Translations under genes and position numbers: made by a program
Shown here: positions 44,153-55,178 of the stretch, piece after piece
How positions within the stretch are numbered: the stretch's first letter is position 1
How the letters are laid out: each line of letters opens with the position of its first letter
Assembly: GCF_002854065.1 (NCBI RefSeq)
Contig: NZ_CP024147.1
From: Escherichia coli
GTDB taxonomy: Bacteria; Pseudomonadota; Gammaproteobacteria; Enterobacterales; Enterobacteriaceae
Direction: 5' to 3' (one strand)
Length of the DNA: 64,000 bases
The notes under the pieces: model-generated
The model's input: only the letters and a program-made list of their open reading frames with translations
Database searches by the model: none
Told to the model about the DNA's origin: nothing

Positions 44153-45304
44153 ATGGATTTTTCTTTAACTGAAGAACAAGAACTGCTGCTGGCCAGTATT
44201 CGCGAACTGATTACGACTAACTTTCCGGAAGAGTATTTCCGCACCTGCGATCAAAACGGGACATACCCGCGTGAATTTATGCGGGCACTGGCGGATAACG
44301 GTATTTCCATGCTTGGCGTGCCGGAAGAATTTGGTGGTATCCCTGCGGATTACGTCACCCAGATGCTGGCGCTGATGGAAGTGTCAAAATGCGGTGCTCC
44401 GGCATTTTTGATCACCAACGGTCAATGTATTCACAGTATGCGCCGTTTCGGTTCTGCAGAGCAGCTACGTAAAACGGCAGAAAGCACCCTGGAAACCGGC
44501 GACCCCGCCTATGCCCTGGCGTTGACGGAACCAGGTGCTGGCTCAGATAACAACAGCGCCACTACCACTTACACGCGTAAAAACGGCAAGGTTTACATCA
44601 ACGGACAGAAAACTTTTATTACCGGTGCGAAAGAGTACCCGTATATGCTGGTGCTGGCGCGCGATCCTGAACCGAAAGATCCCAAAAAAGCCTTCACCCT
44701 GTGGTGGGTCGACTCCAGTAAGCCCGGCATTAAGATTAACCCGCTGCATAAAATCGGCTGGCATATGCTCAGCACCTGCGAAGTCTATCTCGACAACGTG
44801 GAAGTTGAAGAGAGCGACATGGTGGGCGAAGAAGGAATGGGTTTCCTCAATGTGATGTACAACTTTGAGATGGAGCGCCTGATCAACGCCGCGCGCAGCA
44901 CCGGCTTTGCCGAGTGTGCCTTTGAAGATGCCGCCCGCTATGCCAACCAACGTATCGCTTTTGGTAAACCCATTGGTCATAACCAGATGATCCAGGAAAA
45001 ACTGGCGCTGATGGCGATTAAGATCGACAACATGCGCAACATGGTGCTGAAAGTAGCATGGCAAGCCGATCAGCATCAGTCACTGCGCACCAGCGCGGCG
45101 CTGGCAAAACTGTATTGCGCACGTACCGCAATGGAAGTCATTGATGATGCGATTCAAATCATGGGCGGTCTGGGCTATACCGATGAAGCGCGCGTCTCCC
45201 GCTTCTGGCGTGATGTCCGTTGTGAACGTATTGGCGGCGGTACAGACGAAATTATGATTTACGTAGCAGGTCGGCAAATCCTGAAAGACTATCAGAACAA
45301 ATAA
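44153..45304 (+). CDS. ydiO: Acyl-CoA dehydrogenase family protein
   Basis: 383 aa from MDFSLTEEQELLLASIRELI... (AGGAG RBS at 44141-44145); ACAD fold motifs. Confidence 0.85.
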   Translation: MDFSLTEEQELLLASIRELITTNFPEEYFRTCDQNGTYPREFMRALADNGISMLGVPEEFGGIPADYVTQMLALMEVSKCGAPAFLITNGQCIHSMRRFGSAEQLRKTAESTLETGDPAYALALTEPGAGSDNNSATTTYTRKNGKVYINGQKTFITGAKEYPYMLVLARDPEPKDPKKAFTLWWVDSSKPGIKINPLHKIGWHMLSTCEVYLDNVEVEESDMVGEEGMGFLNVMYNFEMERLINAARSTGFAECAFEDAARYANQRIAFGKPIGHNQMIQEKLALMAIKIDNMRNMVLKVAWQADQHQSLRTSAALAKLYCARTAMEVIDDAIQIMGGLGYTDEARVSRFWRDVRCERIGGGTDEIMIYVAGRQILKDYQNK

Positions 45305-45346
45305 TCTGCAGGCGGCGCAGCTTCTTAACAAACTGCGCCGCCAGAT

Positions 45347-46258
45347 TTACCCGGCAAGACTTACCGGTTGAGGAAATTCAGATAAGATTTCTTGTTCCGC
45401 AAAACAGTTTTTAAATTGCCTGCGGTAATCGCTGGGCGAACAACCGACATGGCGCAAAAACAGTTTGGCAAAGTGATCGACATTTTCATAACCCACACGC
45501 CAGGAGATCTCTGCCTGTGATAATTCAGTATTAGTGAGTAACCATTTCGCTTCCGTCATACGCCGTTGAATAACATAGTTAATAGGGGAAATACGATACT
45601 CTTTGGTAAATTCATGGCAAATATAACTGACGCTGGCACGAAATTTTTTCGATAACTGTTCTAAAGTGATTTTTTCGCGATAATTATTATTTAGATAGAA
45701 AAGAATATCTTTTATCAGAACATCTTTTTTAATATACCCCTGCTCCGAACGATAAGCATTTTTAAAGTTTTCGTAGTAAAGAATTGCTAATGTATAGGCA
45801 AATGCATCCCATAACGAAGATGTTTGGCTATTTTTACTTTGCGGCAAAATCACACTTAGCTCATTAAATAAGGTTTTAATGACTTCTTTTCCCTGCCCCG
45901 CGGCAATTACCGGACAAGAATGCGGTTGCAGTAGATGATTTTCCTCAGCCCCCTGAAACTGAAAGCCGTACAGCGCACAGGTACACGTCGTTGCCGGATC
46001 GTTAACGTCAGAGGCCACCGCATGCAGCCTGCCGCGTTCTATCACCACTATATCATCTGCATGCGCGACATATAACGAAGAATCGATGGTAAACCTTGCC
46101 ACCCCTTTCTTGACGTAAATCAGCTCGGTTTCATTGTCATGAACGTGATGTCCAGACTCCCATTTTGGATCATCGCTAAATGCAAAACGTGAAAGCCGTG
46201 GCGTTTTACCAGCGACAAACAGCGTTTCACTGGCATTATCAAAACAGCGTTGATACAT
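45347..46258 (-). CDS. ydiP: AraC-family transcriptional regulator
   Basis: 303-aa ORF with C-terminal AraC HTH; divergent from ydiQ. Confidence 0.8.
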   Translation of the reverse strand: MYQRCFDNASETLFVAGKTPRLSRFAFSDDPKWESGHHVHDNETELIYVKKGVARFTIDSSLYVAHADDIVVIERGRLHAVASDVNDPATTCTCALYGFQFQGAEENHLLQPHSCPVIAAGQGKEVIKTLFNELSVILPQSKNSQTSSLWDAFAYTLAILYYENFKNAYRSEQGYIKKDVLIKDILFYLNNNYREKITLEQLSKKFRASVSYICHEFTKEYRISPINYVIQRRMTEAKWLLTNTELSQAEISWRVGYENVDHFAKLFLRHVGCSPSDYRRQFKNCFAEQEILSEFPQPVSLAG

Positions 46259-46573
46259 GACAACCTCCCTATTCCATGAGCAAGCAAAAACAATATATGC
46301 CGGATAAAATACGGCGTGTATTGCGGTTATACAACCGCGTTTAGCGAGAGCTAAACAAGATTATTTACACTGAATGCAAGATTGTACGGTCATGGAATAA
46401 CTATATTGCCGCAAATTGCACTTTTGTTTTAGCGATCGCATTTTTTTTGCAAGATTGTTGGCAAGGAAAACAGCTTGCTCCGTCGAAAACCCCGCACCGC
46501 TATCGCACACTATTTTCAGGCCATTTTTACCTTCCATCGGAGATGGTTCCGTATGCGACTCACAGGAGAAATC

Positions 46574-47338
46574 ATGAAAATAATAACCTGCTTTAAGCTG
46601 GTGCCTGAAGAACAGGACATTGTTGTCACTCCAGAATACACCCTGAATTTCGACAATGCCGACGCCAAAATCAGCCAGTTCGATCTCAATGCCATTGAAG
46701 CTGCAAGCCAGCTTGCAACAGATGACGATGAGATAGCCGCGCTGACCGTTGGCGGCTCATTGTTGCAGAACTCGAAAGTGCGCAAAGACGTGCTATCCCG
46801 CGGGCCGCACAGCCTGTATATGGTGCAGGATGCACAACTTGAGCATGCACTGCCTCTCGATACCGCAAAAGCGCTGGCGGCAGCAGTTGAAAAGATCGGC
46901 TTCGATTTACTGATCTTTGGTGAAGGTTCCGGCGACCTTTATGCCCAGCAGGTTGGCTTGCTGGTCGGAGAAATTCTGCAACTTCCGGTGATTAATGCAG
47001 TGAGTGCTATTCAGCGTCAGGGCAATACACTGGTGATTGAACGCACGCTTGAAGATGACGTTGAAGTTATTGAACTCTCTGTTCCAGCCGTGCTCTGCGT
47101 CACCTCCGATATTAACGTGCCACGCATTCCTTCGATGAAAGCCATTCTCGGCGCGGGTAAAAAACCGGTAAATCAGTGGCAGGCAAGTGATATTGGCTGG
47201 AGCCAGAGCGCACCACTTGCTGAACTGACCGGCATTCGCGTACCGCCGCAAACAGAACGTAAGCACATCATTCTCGATAACGATTCGCCGGAGGCCATTG
47301 CCGAGCTGGCGGAACATCTGAAGAAAGCCCTGAACTGA
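46574..47338 (+). CDS. ydiQ: Electron-transfer flavoprotein beta subunit (FixA-like)
   Basis: 254 aa from MKIITCFKLVPEEQDIVV... (AGGAG RBS at 46565-46569); the ORF-track start at 46475 is an extension. Confidence 0.85.
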   Translation: MKIITCFKLVPEEQDIVVTPEYTLNFDNADAKISQFDLNAIEAASQLATDDDEIAALTVGGSLLQNSKVRKDVLSRGPHSLYMVQDAQLEHALPLDTAKALAAAVEKIGFDLLIFGEGSGDLYAQQVGLLVGEILQLPVINAVSAIQRQGNTLVIERTLEDDVEVIELSVPAVLCVTSDINVPRIPSMKAILGAGKKPVNQWQASDIGWSQSAPLAELTGIRVPPQTERKHIILDNDSPEAIAELAEHLKKALN

Positions 47339-47357
47339 AGCCTACGGAGAAGAAACG

Positions 47358-48296
47358 ATGAGTCAATTAAACAGCGTCTGGGTCTTTAGCGATAATCCTG
47401 AACGTTATGCTGAACTGTTTGGCGGCGCTCAGCAATGGGGCCAACAGGTGTATGCCATTGTACAAAATACCGACCAGGTGCAGACAGTTATGCCTTATGG
47501 TCCAAAATGTATTTATGTTCTTGAGCAAAACGACGCGCTGCAACGCACTGAAAATTACGCCGAAAGCATTGCTGCTCTGCTGAAAGATAAACACCCCGCT
47601 ATGTTGCTACTGGCCGCGACGAAACGTGGTAAAGCTCCGGCAGCACGGTTAAGTGTGCAACTGAATGCGGCGCTGGTGAACGATGCCACGGCGGTGGATA
47701 TTGTCGATGGTCACATTTGCGCCGAACACCGGATGTATGGCGGGTTAGCGTTCGCTCAGGAAAAGATCAACAGCTCGCTAGCGATCATTACCCTTGCACC
47801 CGGTGTTCAGGAACCGTGCACCAGTGATACCTCTCATCAGTGCCCGACAGAAACGGTACCTTATGTTGCTCCGCGTCATGAAATTCTCTGTCGCGAGCGC
47901 CGTGCGAAAGCGGCAAGCAGCGTGGACCTGAGCAAAGCAAAACGTGTGGTTGGCGTCGGTCGTGGTCTGGCAGCGCAGGATGACCTGAAAATGGTCCACG
48001 AACTGGCGGCGGTGCTGAATGCTGAAGTCGGCTGTTCACGTCCAATTGCCGAAGGCGAGAACTGGATGGAGCGTGAACGTTATATCGGTGTCTCCGGCGT
48101 GTTGCTGAAATCCGATCTCTACCTGACGCTGGGGATCTCCGGGCAGATCCAACATATGGTTGGCGGCAACGGCGCAAAAGTGATTGTCGCCATCAATAAA
48201 GATAAAAATGCGCCAATCTTCAACTATGCCGACTACGGTCTGGTGGGCGATATCTACAAAGTCGTCCCTACCCTGATTAGCCAGTTGAGCCGCTAA
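47358..48296 (+). CDS. ydiR: Electron-transfer flavoprotein alpha subunit (FixB-like)
   Basis: 312-aa ORF with ETF-alpha FAD-binding C-terminal domain. Confidence 0.85.
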   Translation: MSQLNSVWVFSDNPERYAELFGGAQQWGQQVYAIVQNTDQVQTVMPYGPKCIYVLEQNDALQRTENYAESIAALLKDKHPAMLLLAATKRGKAPAARLSVQLNAALVNDATAVDIVDGHICAEHRMYGGLAFAQEKINSSLAIITLAPGVQEPCTSDTSHQCPTETVPYVAPRHEILCRERRAKAASSVDLSKAKRVVGVGRGLAAQDDLKMVHELAAVLNAEVGCSRPIAEGENWMERERYIGVSGVLLKSDLYLTLGISGQIQHMVGGNGAKVIVAINKDKNAPIFNYADYGLVGDIYKVVPTLISQLSR

Positions 48297-48351
48297 TTCC
48301 CCTTTCAACCACATCTCCCGCTGTAAACGCAGCGGGAAGGGAGCATAACGC

Positions 48352-49641
48352 ATGTCGGATGACAAATTTGATGCCATTGTGGTCGGTGCGGGCGTTGCTG
48401 GTAGCGTTGCCGCACTGGTCATGGCACGAGCCGGGCTGGATGTCCTGGTGATAGAACGCGGCGACAGTGCCGGATGTAAAAACATGACCGGCGGGCGTCT
48501 TTATGCCCACACACTTGAAGAGATTATTCCAGGCTTTGCAGCATCAGCGCCGGTAGAACGCAAGGTCACACGCGAGAAAATCTCCTTCTTAACCGAAGAG
48601 AGCGCCGTTACCCTCGATTTTCACCGCGAGCAACCAGATGTTCCGCAACACGCATCTTATACCGTATTGCGTAATCGTCTGGACCCGTGGTTGATGGAAC
48701 ATGCCGAGCAGGCGGGCGCACAGTTTATCCCGGGAGTTCGCGTCGATGCGCTGGTTCGTGAAGGAAACAAGGTCACTGGCGTCCAGGCTGGGGATGATAT
48801 TCTCGAAGCGAATGTGGTGATTCTGGCTGATGGCGTTAACTCGATGCTTGGCCGTTCGCTGGGAATGGTTCCCGCTTCCGATCCGCATCATTACGCTGTT
48901 GGTGTTAAAGAGGTTATTGGCCTCACACCAGAACAGATCAACGATCGCTTTAATATTACGGGCGAGGAAGGTGCCGCCTGGCTGTTTGCCGGTTCCCCTT
49001 CTGACGGCCTGATGGGTGGCGGATTCCTCTATACCAATAAGGATTCCATATCGTTGGGGCTGGTTTGTGGATTGGGTGATATCGCCCATGCGCAAAAAAG
49101 CGTGCCGCAAATGCTGGAAGATTTTAAACAACACCCCGCCATTCGCCCGCTGATTAGCGGCGGCAAGTTGCTTGAATATTCCGCGCATATGGTGCCGGAA
49201 GGCGGTCTGGCAATGGTGCCGCAACTGGTTAACGAGGGCGTGATGATCGTTGGTGACGCCGCAGGCTTCTGCCTGAATTTGGGTTTTACGGTCCGCGGCA
49301 TGGATTTAGCCATTGCATCGGCTCAGGCTGCCGCCACAACGGTGATCGCCGCCAAAGAACGCGCGGATTTCTCCGCCAGCAGTCTTGCGCAATACAAACG
49401 TGAGCTGGAACAAAGTTGTGTTATGCGCGATATGCAGCATTTTCGCAAGATCCCGACGCTGATGGAAAATCCGCGCCTGTTTAGTCAGTATCCGCGCATG
49501 GTCGCCGACATCATGAACGATATGTTCACCATTGACGGCAAACCAAACCAGCCGGTACGCAAAATGATCATGGGACACGCGAAGAAAATTGGGCTGATCA
49601 ACTTGCTGAAAGATGGCATTAAGGGAGCAACCGCGCTATGA
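48352..49641 (+). CDS. ydiS: ETF:quinone oxidoreductase-like FAD flavoprotein (FixC-like)
   Basis: 429-aa ORF with N-terminal GxGxxG (VVGAGVAGSVAA). Confidence 0.85.
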   Translation: MSDDKFDAIVVGAGVAGSVAALVMARAGLDVLVIERGDSAGCKNMTGGRLYAHTLEEIIPGFAASAPVERKVTREKISFLTEESAVTLDFHREQPDVPQHASYTVLRNRLDPWLMEHAEQAGAQFIPGVRVDALVREGNKVTGVQAGDDILEANVVILADGVNSMLGRSLGMVPASDPHHYAVGVKEVIGLTPEQINDRFNITGEEGAAWLFAGSPSDGLMGGGFLYTNKDSISLGLVCGLGDIAHAQKSVPQMLEDFKQHPAIRPLISGGKLLEYSAHMVPEGGLAMVPQLVNEGVMIVGDAAGFCLNLGFTVRGMDLAIASAQAAATTVIAAKERADFSASSLAQYKRELEQSCVMRDMQHFRKIPTLMENPRLFSQYPRMVADIMNDMFTIDGKPNQPVRKMIMGHAKKIGLINLLKDGIKGATAL

Positions 49642-49931
49642 GCCAGAACGCTACGGTTAACGTCGACATCAAATTAGGCGTCAATAAATTCCATGTTGAT
49701 GAGGGCCACCCGCATATCATTTTGGCGGCAAATCCCGATATCAATGAATTCCGTAAATTAATGAAAGCCTGCCCTGCCGGACTTTATAAGCAGGATGATG
49801 CCGGCAACATTCATTTTGATTCCGCCGGTTGTCTGGAGTGCGGCACCTGTCGGGTGCTGTGCGGTAACACTATTCTCGAACAGTGGCAATATCCCGCAGG
49901 CACCTTCGGTATTGATTTTCGCTACGGCTAA
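49638..49931 (+). CDS. ydiT: Ferredoxin-like protein (FixX-like)
   Basis: 97-aa ORF with Cys cluster CPAGLY...CLECGTCRVLC; 4-nt overlap with ydiS. Confidence 0.85.
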   Translation: MSQNATVNVDIKLGVNKFHVDEGHPHIILAANPDINEFRKLMKACPAGLYKQDDAGNIHFDSAGCLECGTCRVLCGNTILEQWQYPAGTFGIDFRYG

Positions 49932-51253
49932 TCATGCATCCCACAGGCCCGCATCTCGGGCCTGATGTTCTGTTTCGAGAGTCCAAAATGAAAGTGACAT
50001 TAACGTTTAACGAACAACGTCGTGCGGCGTATCGTCAGCAAGGGCTATGGGGCGATGCTTCGCTGGCCGATTACTGGCAGCAGACCGCTCGTGCGATGCC
50101 AGACAAAATTGCCGTGGTCGATAATCATGGAGCATCGTACACCTATAGCGCGCTCGATCACGCCGCGAGCTGTCTGGCAAACTGGATGTTAGCGAAGGGT
50201 ATTGAATCAGGCGATCGCATCGCATTTCAACTGCCAGGCTGGTGTGAATTTACCGTTATCTATCTTGCCTGCCTGAAAATCGGTGCGGTTTCCGTACCGC
50301 TGTTGCCTTCCTGGCGGGAAGCAGAACTGGTATGGGTGCTTAATAAGTGTCAGGCAAAAATGTTCTTTGCACCGACGTTGTTTAAACAAACGCGTCCGGT
50401 AGATTTAATCCTGCCGCTGCAAAATCAGCTTCCACAACTACAACAAATTGTCGGCGTGGACAAACTGGCTCCCGCCACCTCTTCCCTCTCATTAAGTCAG
50501 ATTATCGCCGACAATACCCCACTGACCACGGCGATAACGACCCACGGCGATGAATTAGCCGCGGTGCTGTTTACCTCCGGAACCGAGGGCCTGCCAAAGG
50601 GCGTGATGCTTACGCATAACAATATTCTCGCCAGTGAGCGGGCTTATTGCGCGCGGCTGAATCTGACCTGGCAGGATGTCTTTATGATGCCTGCGCCACT
50701 CGGCCACGCAACGGGCTTTCTGCATGGCGTAACAGCACCATTTTTGATTGGTGCTCGCAGCGTGTTGTTAGATATTTTCACTCCTGATGCGTGTCTCGCG
50801 CTGCTTGAGCAGCAGCGTTGCACCTGTATGCTCGGCGCAACGCCGTTTGTCTATGATCTTTTGAATTTACTAGAGAAACAACCCGCAGACCTTTCAGCGC
50901 TGCGCTTCTTTCTTTGCGGCGGTACCACAATCCCCAAAAAAGTGGCGCGTGAATGCCAGCAGCGCGGCATTAAATTATTAAGTGTTTATGGTTCCACAGA
51001 AAGTTCGCCGCATGCGGTGGTGAATCTCGATGATCCTTTGTCGCGCTTTATGCACACCGATGGTTACGCTGCCGCAGGTGTAGAGATTAAAGTGGTCGAT
51101 GACGCACGCAAGACCTTACCGCCAGGTTGCGAAGGTGAAGAAGCCTCGCGTGGCCCCAATGTGTTTATGGGGTATTTTGATGAACCTGAATTAACCGCCC
51201 GAGCCCTGGATGAAGAAGGCTGGTATTACAGCGGCGATCTCTGCCGTATGGAT

Positions 51254-51262
51254 GAAGCTGGC
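51254..51262. repeat. IS1 target-site duplication, left copy (GAAGCTGGC)
   Basis: Identical 9-mer at 51254-51262 and 52031-52039 flanking the IS1. Confidence 0.9.
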
Positions 51263-51317
51263 GGTGATGCTGCCAACTTACTGATTTAGTGTATGATGGT
51301 GTTTTTGAGGTGCTCCA

Positions 51318-51593
51318 GTGGCTTCTGTTTCTATCAGCTGTCCCTCCTGTTCAGCTACTGACGGGGTGGTGCGTAACGGCAAAAGCACTGCCGGACATCA
51401 GCGCTATCTCTGCTCTCACTGCCGTAAAACATGGCAACTGCAGTTCACTTACACCGCTTCTCAACCCGGTACGCACCAGAAAATCATTGATATGGCCATG
51501 AATGGCGTTGGATGCCGGGCAACCGCCCGCATTATGGGCGTTGGCCTCAACACGATTTTCCGCCATTTAAAAAACTCAGGCCGCAGTCGGTAA
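51318..51593 (+). CDS. insA: IS1 InsA
   Basis: 91-aa ORF identical to the copy A InsA. Confidence 0.95.
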   Translation: MASVSISCPSCSATDGVVRNGKSTAGHQRYLCSHCRKTWQLQFTYTASQPGTHQKIIDMAMNGVGCRATARIMGVGLNTIFRHLKNSGRSR

Positions 51594-52015
51594 CCTCGCG
51601 CATACAGCCGGGCAGTGACGTCATCGTCTGCGCGGAAATGGACGAACAGTGGGGATACGTCGGGGCTAAATCGCGCCAGCGCTGGCTGTTTTACGCGTAT
51701 GACAGGCTCCGGAAGACGGTTGTTGCGCACGTATTCGGTGAACGCACTATGGCGACGCTGGGGCGTCTTATGAGCCTGCTGTCACCCTTTGACGTGGTGA
51801 TATGGATGACGGATGGCTGGCCGCTGTATGAATCCCGCCTGAAGGGAAAGCTGCACGTAATCAGCAAGCGATATACGCAGCGAATTGAGCGGCATAACCT
51901 GAATCTGAGGCAGCACCTGGCACGGCTGGGACGGAAGTCGCTGTCGTTCTCAAAATCGGTGGAGCTGCATGACAAAGTCATCGGGCATTATCTGAACATA
52001 AAACACTATCAATAA
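51512..52015 (+). CDS. insB: IS1 InsB
   Basis: 167-aa ORF identical to the copy A InsB. Confidence 0.95.
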   Translation: MPGNRPHYGRWPQHDFPPFKKLRPQSVTSRIQPGSDVIVCAEMDEQWGYVGAKSRQRWLFYAYDRLRKTVVAHVFGERTMATLGRLMSLLSPFDVVIWMTDGWPLYESRLKGKLHVISKRYTQRIERHNLNLRQHLARLGRKSLSFSKSVELHDKVIGHYLNIKHYQ

Positions 52016-52030
52016 GTTGGAGTCATTACC

Positions 52031-52039
52031 GAAGCTGGC
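52031..52039. repeat. IS1 target-site duplication, right copy (GAAGCTGGC)
   Basis: Matches 51254-51262 exactly. Confidence 0.9.
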
Positions 52040-52436
52040 TATATAAAAATAACCGGGCGCAAGAAAGATATTATTGTCCGCGGCGGCGAAAATATTAGCA
52101 GCCGTGAAGTGGAAGATATTTTATTACAGCATCCTAAAATTCACGATGCTTGTGTGGTTGCAATGCCCGATGAACGCTTAGGTGAACGTTCATGCGCTTA
52201 TGTCGTGCTGAAAGCACCGCATCATTCATTATCGCTGGAAGATGTAGTGGCTTTTTTTAGCCGTAAACGGGTCGCAAAATATAAATACCCTGAACATATC
52301 GTGGTAATCGAAAAACTACCGCGCACTGCCTCAGGTAAAATACAAAAGTTTTTGTTAAGAAAAGATATTATGCGGCGATTAACGCAGGATGTCTGTGAAG
52401 AGATTGAATAAGTTTCATCTTCGGGGGTCACATAAC

Positions 52437-52477
52437 CCCGGCGACAAAACGCCGCCGGGTATTTATTTTATTTCTTC
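52437..52477 (+). terminator. Putative intrinsic terminator after fadK, overlapping the ppsA stop
   Basis: Stem CCCGGCG / CGCCGGG followed by TATTTATTTTATTTCTT. Confidence 0.5.
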
Positions 52478-54846
52478 AGTTCAGCCAGGCTTAACCAGGT
52501 TTGCACCACGGTGTCCGGATTCAGAGACAGGCTATCGATCCCCTCTTCCATCAACCATGCGGCAAAATCTTCGTGGTCGGACGGACCCTGACCGCAAATC
52601 CCGACATATTTGCCCTGTTTCTTCGCGGCACGAATCGCCATCGACAGCAGTGCTTTCACCGCATCGTTGCGCTCATCGAACAATTCAGACACCACGCCGG
52701 AGTCACGATCCAGACCGAGCGCCAGCTGCGTCATATCGTTTGAGCCAATTGAGAAGCCGTCGAAATATTCGAGGAACTGCTCGGCCAGCAAGGCGTTGGA
52801 CGGGATTTCACACATCATGATGATTTTCAGCCCGTTCTCACCACGCTTCAGCCCCTGACGCGCCAGTTCCTCAACCACCGCTTTCGCCTGATCTACGGTA
52901 CGCACGAACGGGATCATGATCTCAACGTTGGTCAGCCCCATGTCGTTGCGCACACGTTTCACTGCTTCGCACTCCAGCGCGAAACAGTCGCGGAAGCTGT
53001 CGGAAACATAGCGGCCCGCGCCACGGAAGCCGAGCATCGGGTTCTCTTCATCTGGCTCGTAACGCTCACCACCGACCAGGTTGGCATATTCGTTCGATTT
53101 AAAATCAGAGAGCCGGACAATGACGCGCTTCGGATAAAACGCGGCACCCAGCGTCGCGATCCCTTCAGTCAGACGACCAACGTAAAATTCACGCGGAGAA
53201 TCAAAACCTTTCATCATCTCGCGGATTTCGTTTTGCAACTGCGGTTCCTGATCGTCAAACTCAAGCAGTGCGCGTGGGTGGACGCCAATCATACGGTTGA
53301 TGATAAATTCCAGACGCGCAAGTCCCACGCCTTCGTTCGGCAGACAGGCGAAGTCGAAAGCTCGGTCCGGGTTACCGACGTTCATCATCACTTTCAACGG
53401 CAGATCCGGCATCGTTTCTACGCTGGAGCTTTTCACGCTAAATTCCAGCAACTCCGCATAGACGTAACCGGTATCACCTTCGGCACAAGAAACAGTGACG
53501 TTCTCACCGTCTTTCATCCGTTCTGTTGCATCACCACAGCCCACTACCGCCGGAATGCCCAGTTCACGAGCGATGATCGCCGCGTGACAGGTACGACCGC
53601 CACGGTTGGTGACGATGGCAGATGCTTTCTTCATGATCGGTTCCCAGTCCGGGTCGGTCATGTCAGTGACCAGCACGTCACCAGGTTCGATGCGGTTCAT
53701 TTCGCTGATGTCATGGATGACTTTCACCGGACCCGCACCGATGCGATGACCGATAGCACGGCCTTCGGCGATAATCTTACCCTGTGAATGCAGCGTATAA
53801 CGCTCCATGACCTGACCGCGTGAGCGCACGGTTTCCGGACGCGCCTGCACAATGAACAGTTTGCCGGTGTGGCCATCTTTCGCCCACTCAATATCCATCG
53901 GGCGACCGTAGTGTTTCTCAATTTGTACGGCCTGTTTTGCCAGTTCCTGCACTTCTTCGTTGGTCAGCGAGAAGATGTCACGCTGTTCCTGCGGTACGTC
54001 TTCGATTTTAACCTGCTTGCCGTGCTCCTGGGTCGGCGCGTAAACCATGCGGATTTTTTTCGACCCCATGGTGCGGCGCACGATAGCCGGGCGATTCGCC
54101 GCCAGTGTCGGTTTATGCACGTAAAACTCATCCGGGTTAACCGCACCCTGCACGACCATCTCACCAAGGCCCCATGCGGAAGTGATAAACACCACCTGGT
54201 CAAAGCCGGATTCGGTATCAATGGAGAACATCACGCCAGATGATGCGAGGTCAGAGCGCACCATCCGTTGAACACCAGCGGAGAGCGCCACACCACGGTG
54301 ATCGTAACCCTGGTGCACACGATAAGAGATGGCGCGATCGTTAAACAGAGAAGCAAATACATGTTTCACTGCCACGAGAACGGCGTCAAAACCCTGAACG
54401 TTGAGGAAGGTTTCCTGCTGACCGGCAAAAGAAGCGTCCGGCATATCTTCTGCGGTGGCGGAGGAGCGCACCGCAAAAGAGGCGTTTTCGTCATCGGCGG
54501 AAAGCTGTGCATAGGCTTCGCGGATGGCGTTTTCCAGCTCAGGCTGGAAGGGAGTGTCGATAATCCACTGGCGGATTTGCGTGCCCGCTTTCGCAAGCTG
54601 AGTAACATCGTCAATATCCGTTTTATCCAGCAGTTCATAAATGCGCTGGTTTACGCCGCTTTGGTCCAGAAACTGGTTAAACGCGTCGGCGGTTGTGGCG
54701 AAACCATTCGGAACGGAAACACCCATTCCGGAAAGGTTAGTAATCATTTCACCCAGGGAGGCATTTTTGCCCCCAACCCTGTCTACATCATTCATGCCGA
54801 GTTGGTTATACCAAAGCACCAGCGGTGACGAGCCATTGTTGGACAT
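52468..54846 (-). CDS. ppsA: Phosphoenolpyruvate synthase
   Basis: 792-aa [37 protein letters not shown]... with PEP-utilising phosphohistidine domain. Confidence 0.96.
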   Translation of the reverse strand: MSNNGSSPLVLWYNQLGMNDVDRVGGKNASLGEMITNLSGMGVSVPNGFATTADAFNQFLDQSGVNQRIYELLDKTDIDDVTQLAKAGTQIRQWIIDTPFQPELENAIREAYAQLSADDENASFAVRSSATAEDMPDASFAGQQETFLNVQGFDAVLVAVKHVFASLFNDRAISYRVHQGYDHRGVALSAGVQRMVRSDLASSGVMFSIDTESGFDQVVFITSAWGLGEMVVQGAVNPDEFYVHKPTLAANRPAIVRRTMGSKKIRMVYAPTQEHGKQVKIEDVPQEQRDIFSLTNEEVQELAKQAVQIEKHYGRPMDIEWAKDGHTGKLFIVQARPETVRSRGQVMERYTLHSQGKIIAEGRAIGHRIGAGPVKVIHDISEMNRIEPGDVLVTDMTDPDWEPIMKKASAIVTNRGGRTCHAAIIARELGIPAVVGCGDATERMKDGENVTVSCAEGDTGYVYAELLEFSVKSSSVETMPDLPLKVMMNVGNPDRAFDFACLPNEGVGLARLEFIINRMIGVHPRALLEFDDQEPQLQNEIREMMKGFDSPREFYVGRLTEGIATLGAAFYPKRVIVRLSDFKSNEYANLVGGERYEPDEENPMLGFRGAGRYVSDSFRDCFALECEAVKRVRNDMGLTNVEIMIPFVRTVDQAKAVVEELARQGLKRGENGLKIIMMCEIPSNALLAEQFLEYFDGFSIGSNDMTQLALGLDRDSGVVSELFDERNDAVKALLSMAIRAAKKQGKYVGICGQGPSDHEDFAAWLMEEGIDSLSLNPDTVVQTWLSLAELKK

Positions 54847-54933
54847 CGAACAATCCTTTTGTGATAAATGAACGGTTTGAGAAACACATTTCTGCGCATT
54901 TATCTTTGCATATTTAACCGGATGAAAAAAACG

Positions 54934-54948
54934 GTGAATCGTTCAAGC
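54934..54948. promoter_or_regulatory. Putative Cra activator site upstream of ppsA
   Basis: GTGAATCGTTCAAGC has a good TGAATC left half-site, about 90 bp upstream of the ppsA start. Confidence 0.4.
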
Positions 54949-55178
54949 AAATATATTTTTTTACTTTTTAAGACTGATCCCAGCGTTGCGCAAACCTGCT
55001 CTCTTCGACAATTTCCACATAAACCATCGGTATAAACGAAACCATAAAAATGAAATGCTGTTTTCATAAAAAATAAAATTGAAGGTTCATTTTATAAACC
55101 AGACATAACGTTCTACGCTTCTGTGCGTTTTTAATTTATGCTTTCATAGAATTATGTCTGCATCACGGGAAGAACAAA

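Larger units (their letters stand above)
51263..52030 (+). mobile_element. IS1: IS1 insertion sequence, 768 bp, copy B
   Basis: Same terminal repeats and ORF set as copy A (all six-frame ORF translations identical), same orientation, offset 30,750 bp. Confidence 0.97.
49988..52411 (+). pseudogene. fadK: fadK (short-chain acyl-CoA synthetase) interrupted by IS1 after codon 425
   Basis: 5' piece 49988-51262 (AMP-binding motif TSGTEGLPKGV) and 3' piece 52040-52411 (...EAG | YIKITGRKKDIIVRGGENISSREVEDILLQHP...) rejoin in frame as a 548-codon ORF once IS1 plus one 9-bp duplicate is removed. An in-frame ATG at 49934 is an alternative start. Confidence 0.9.
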
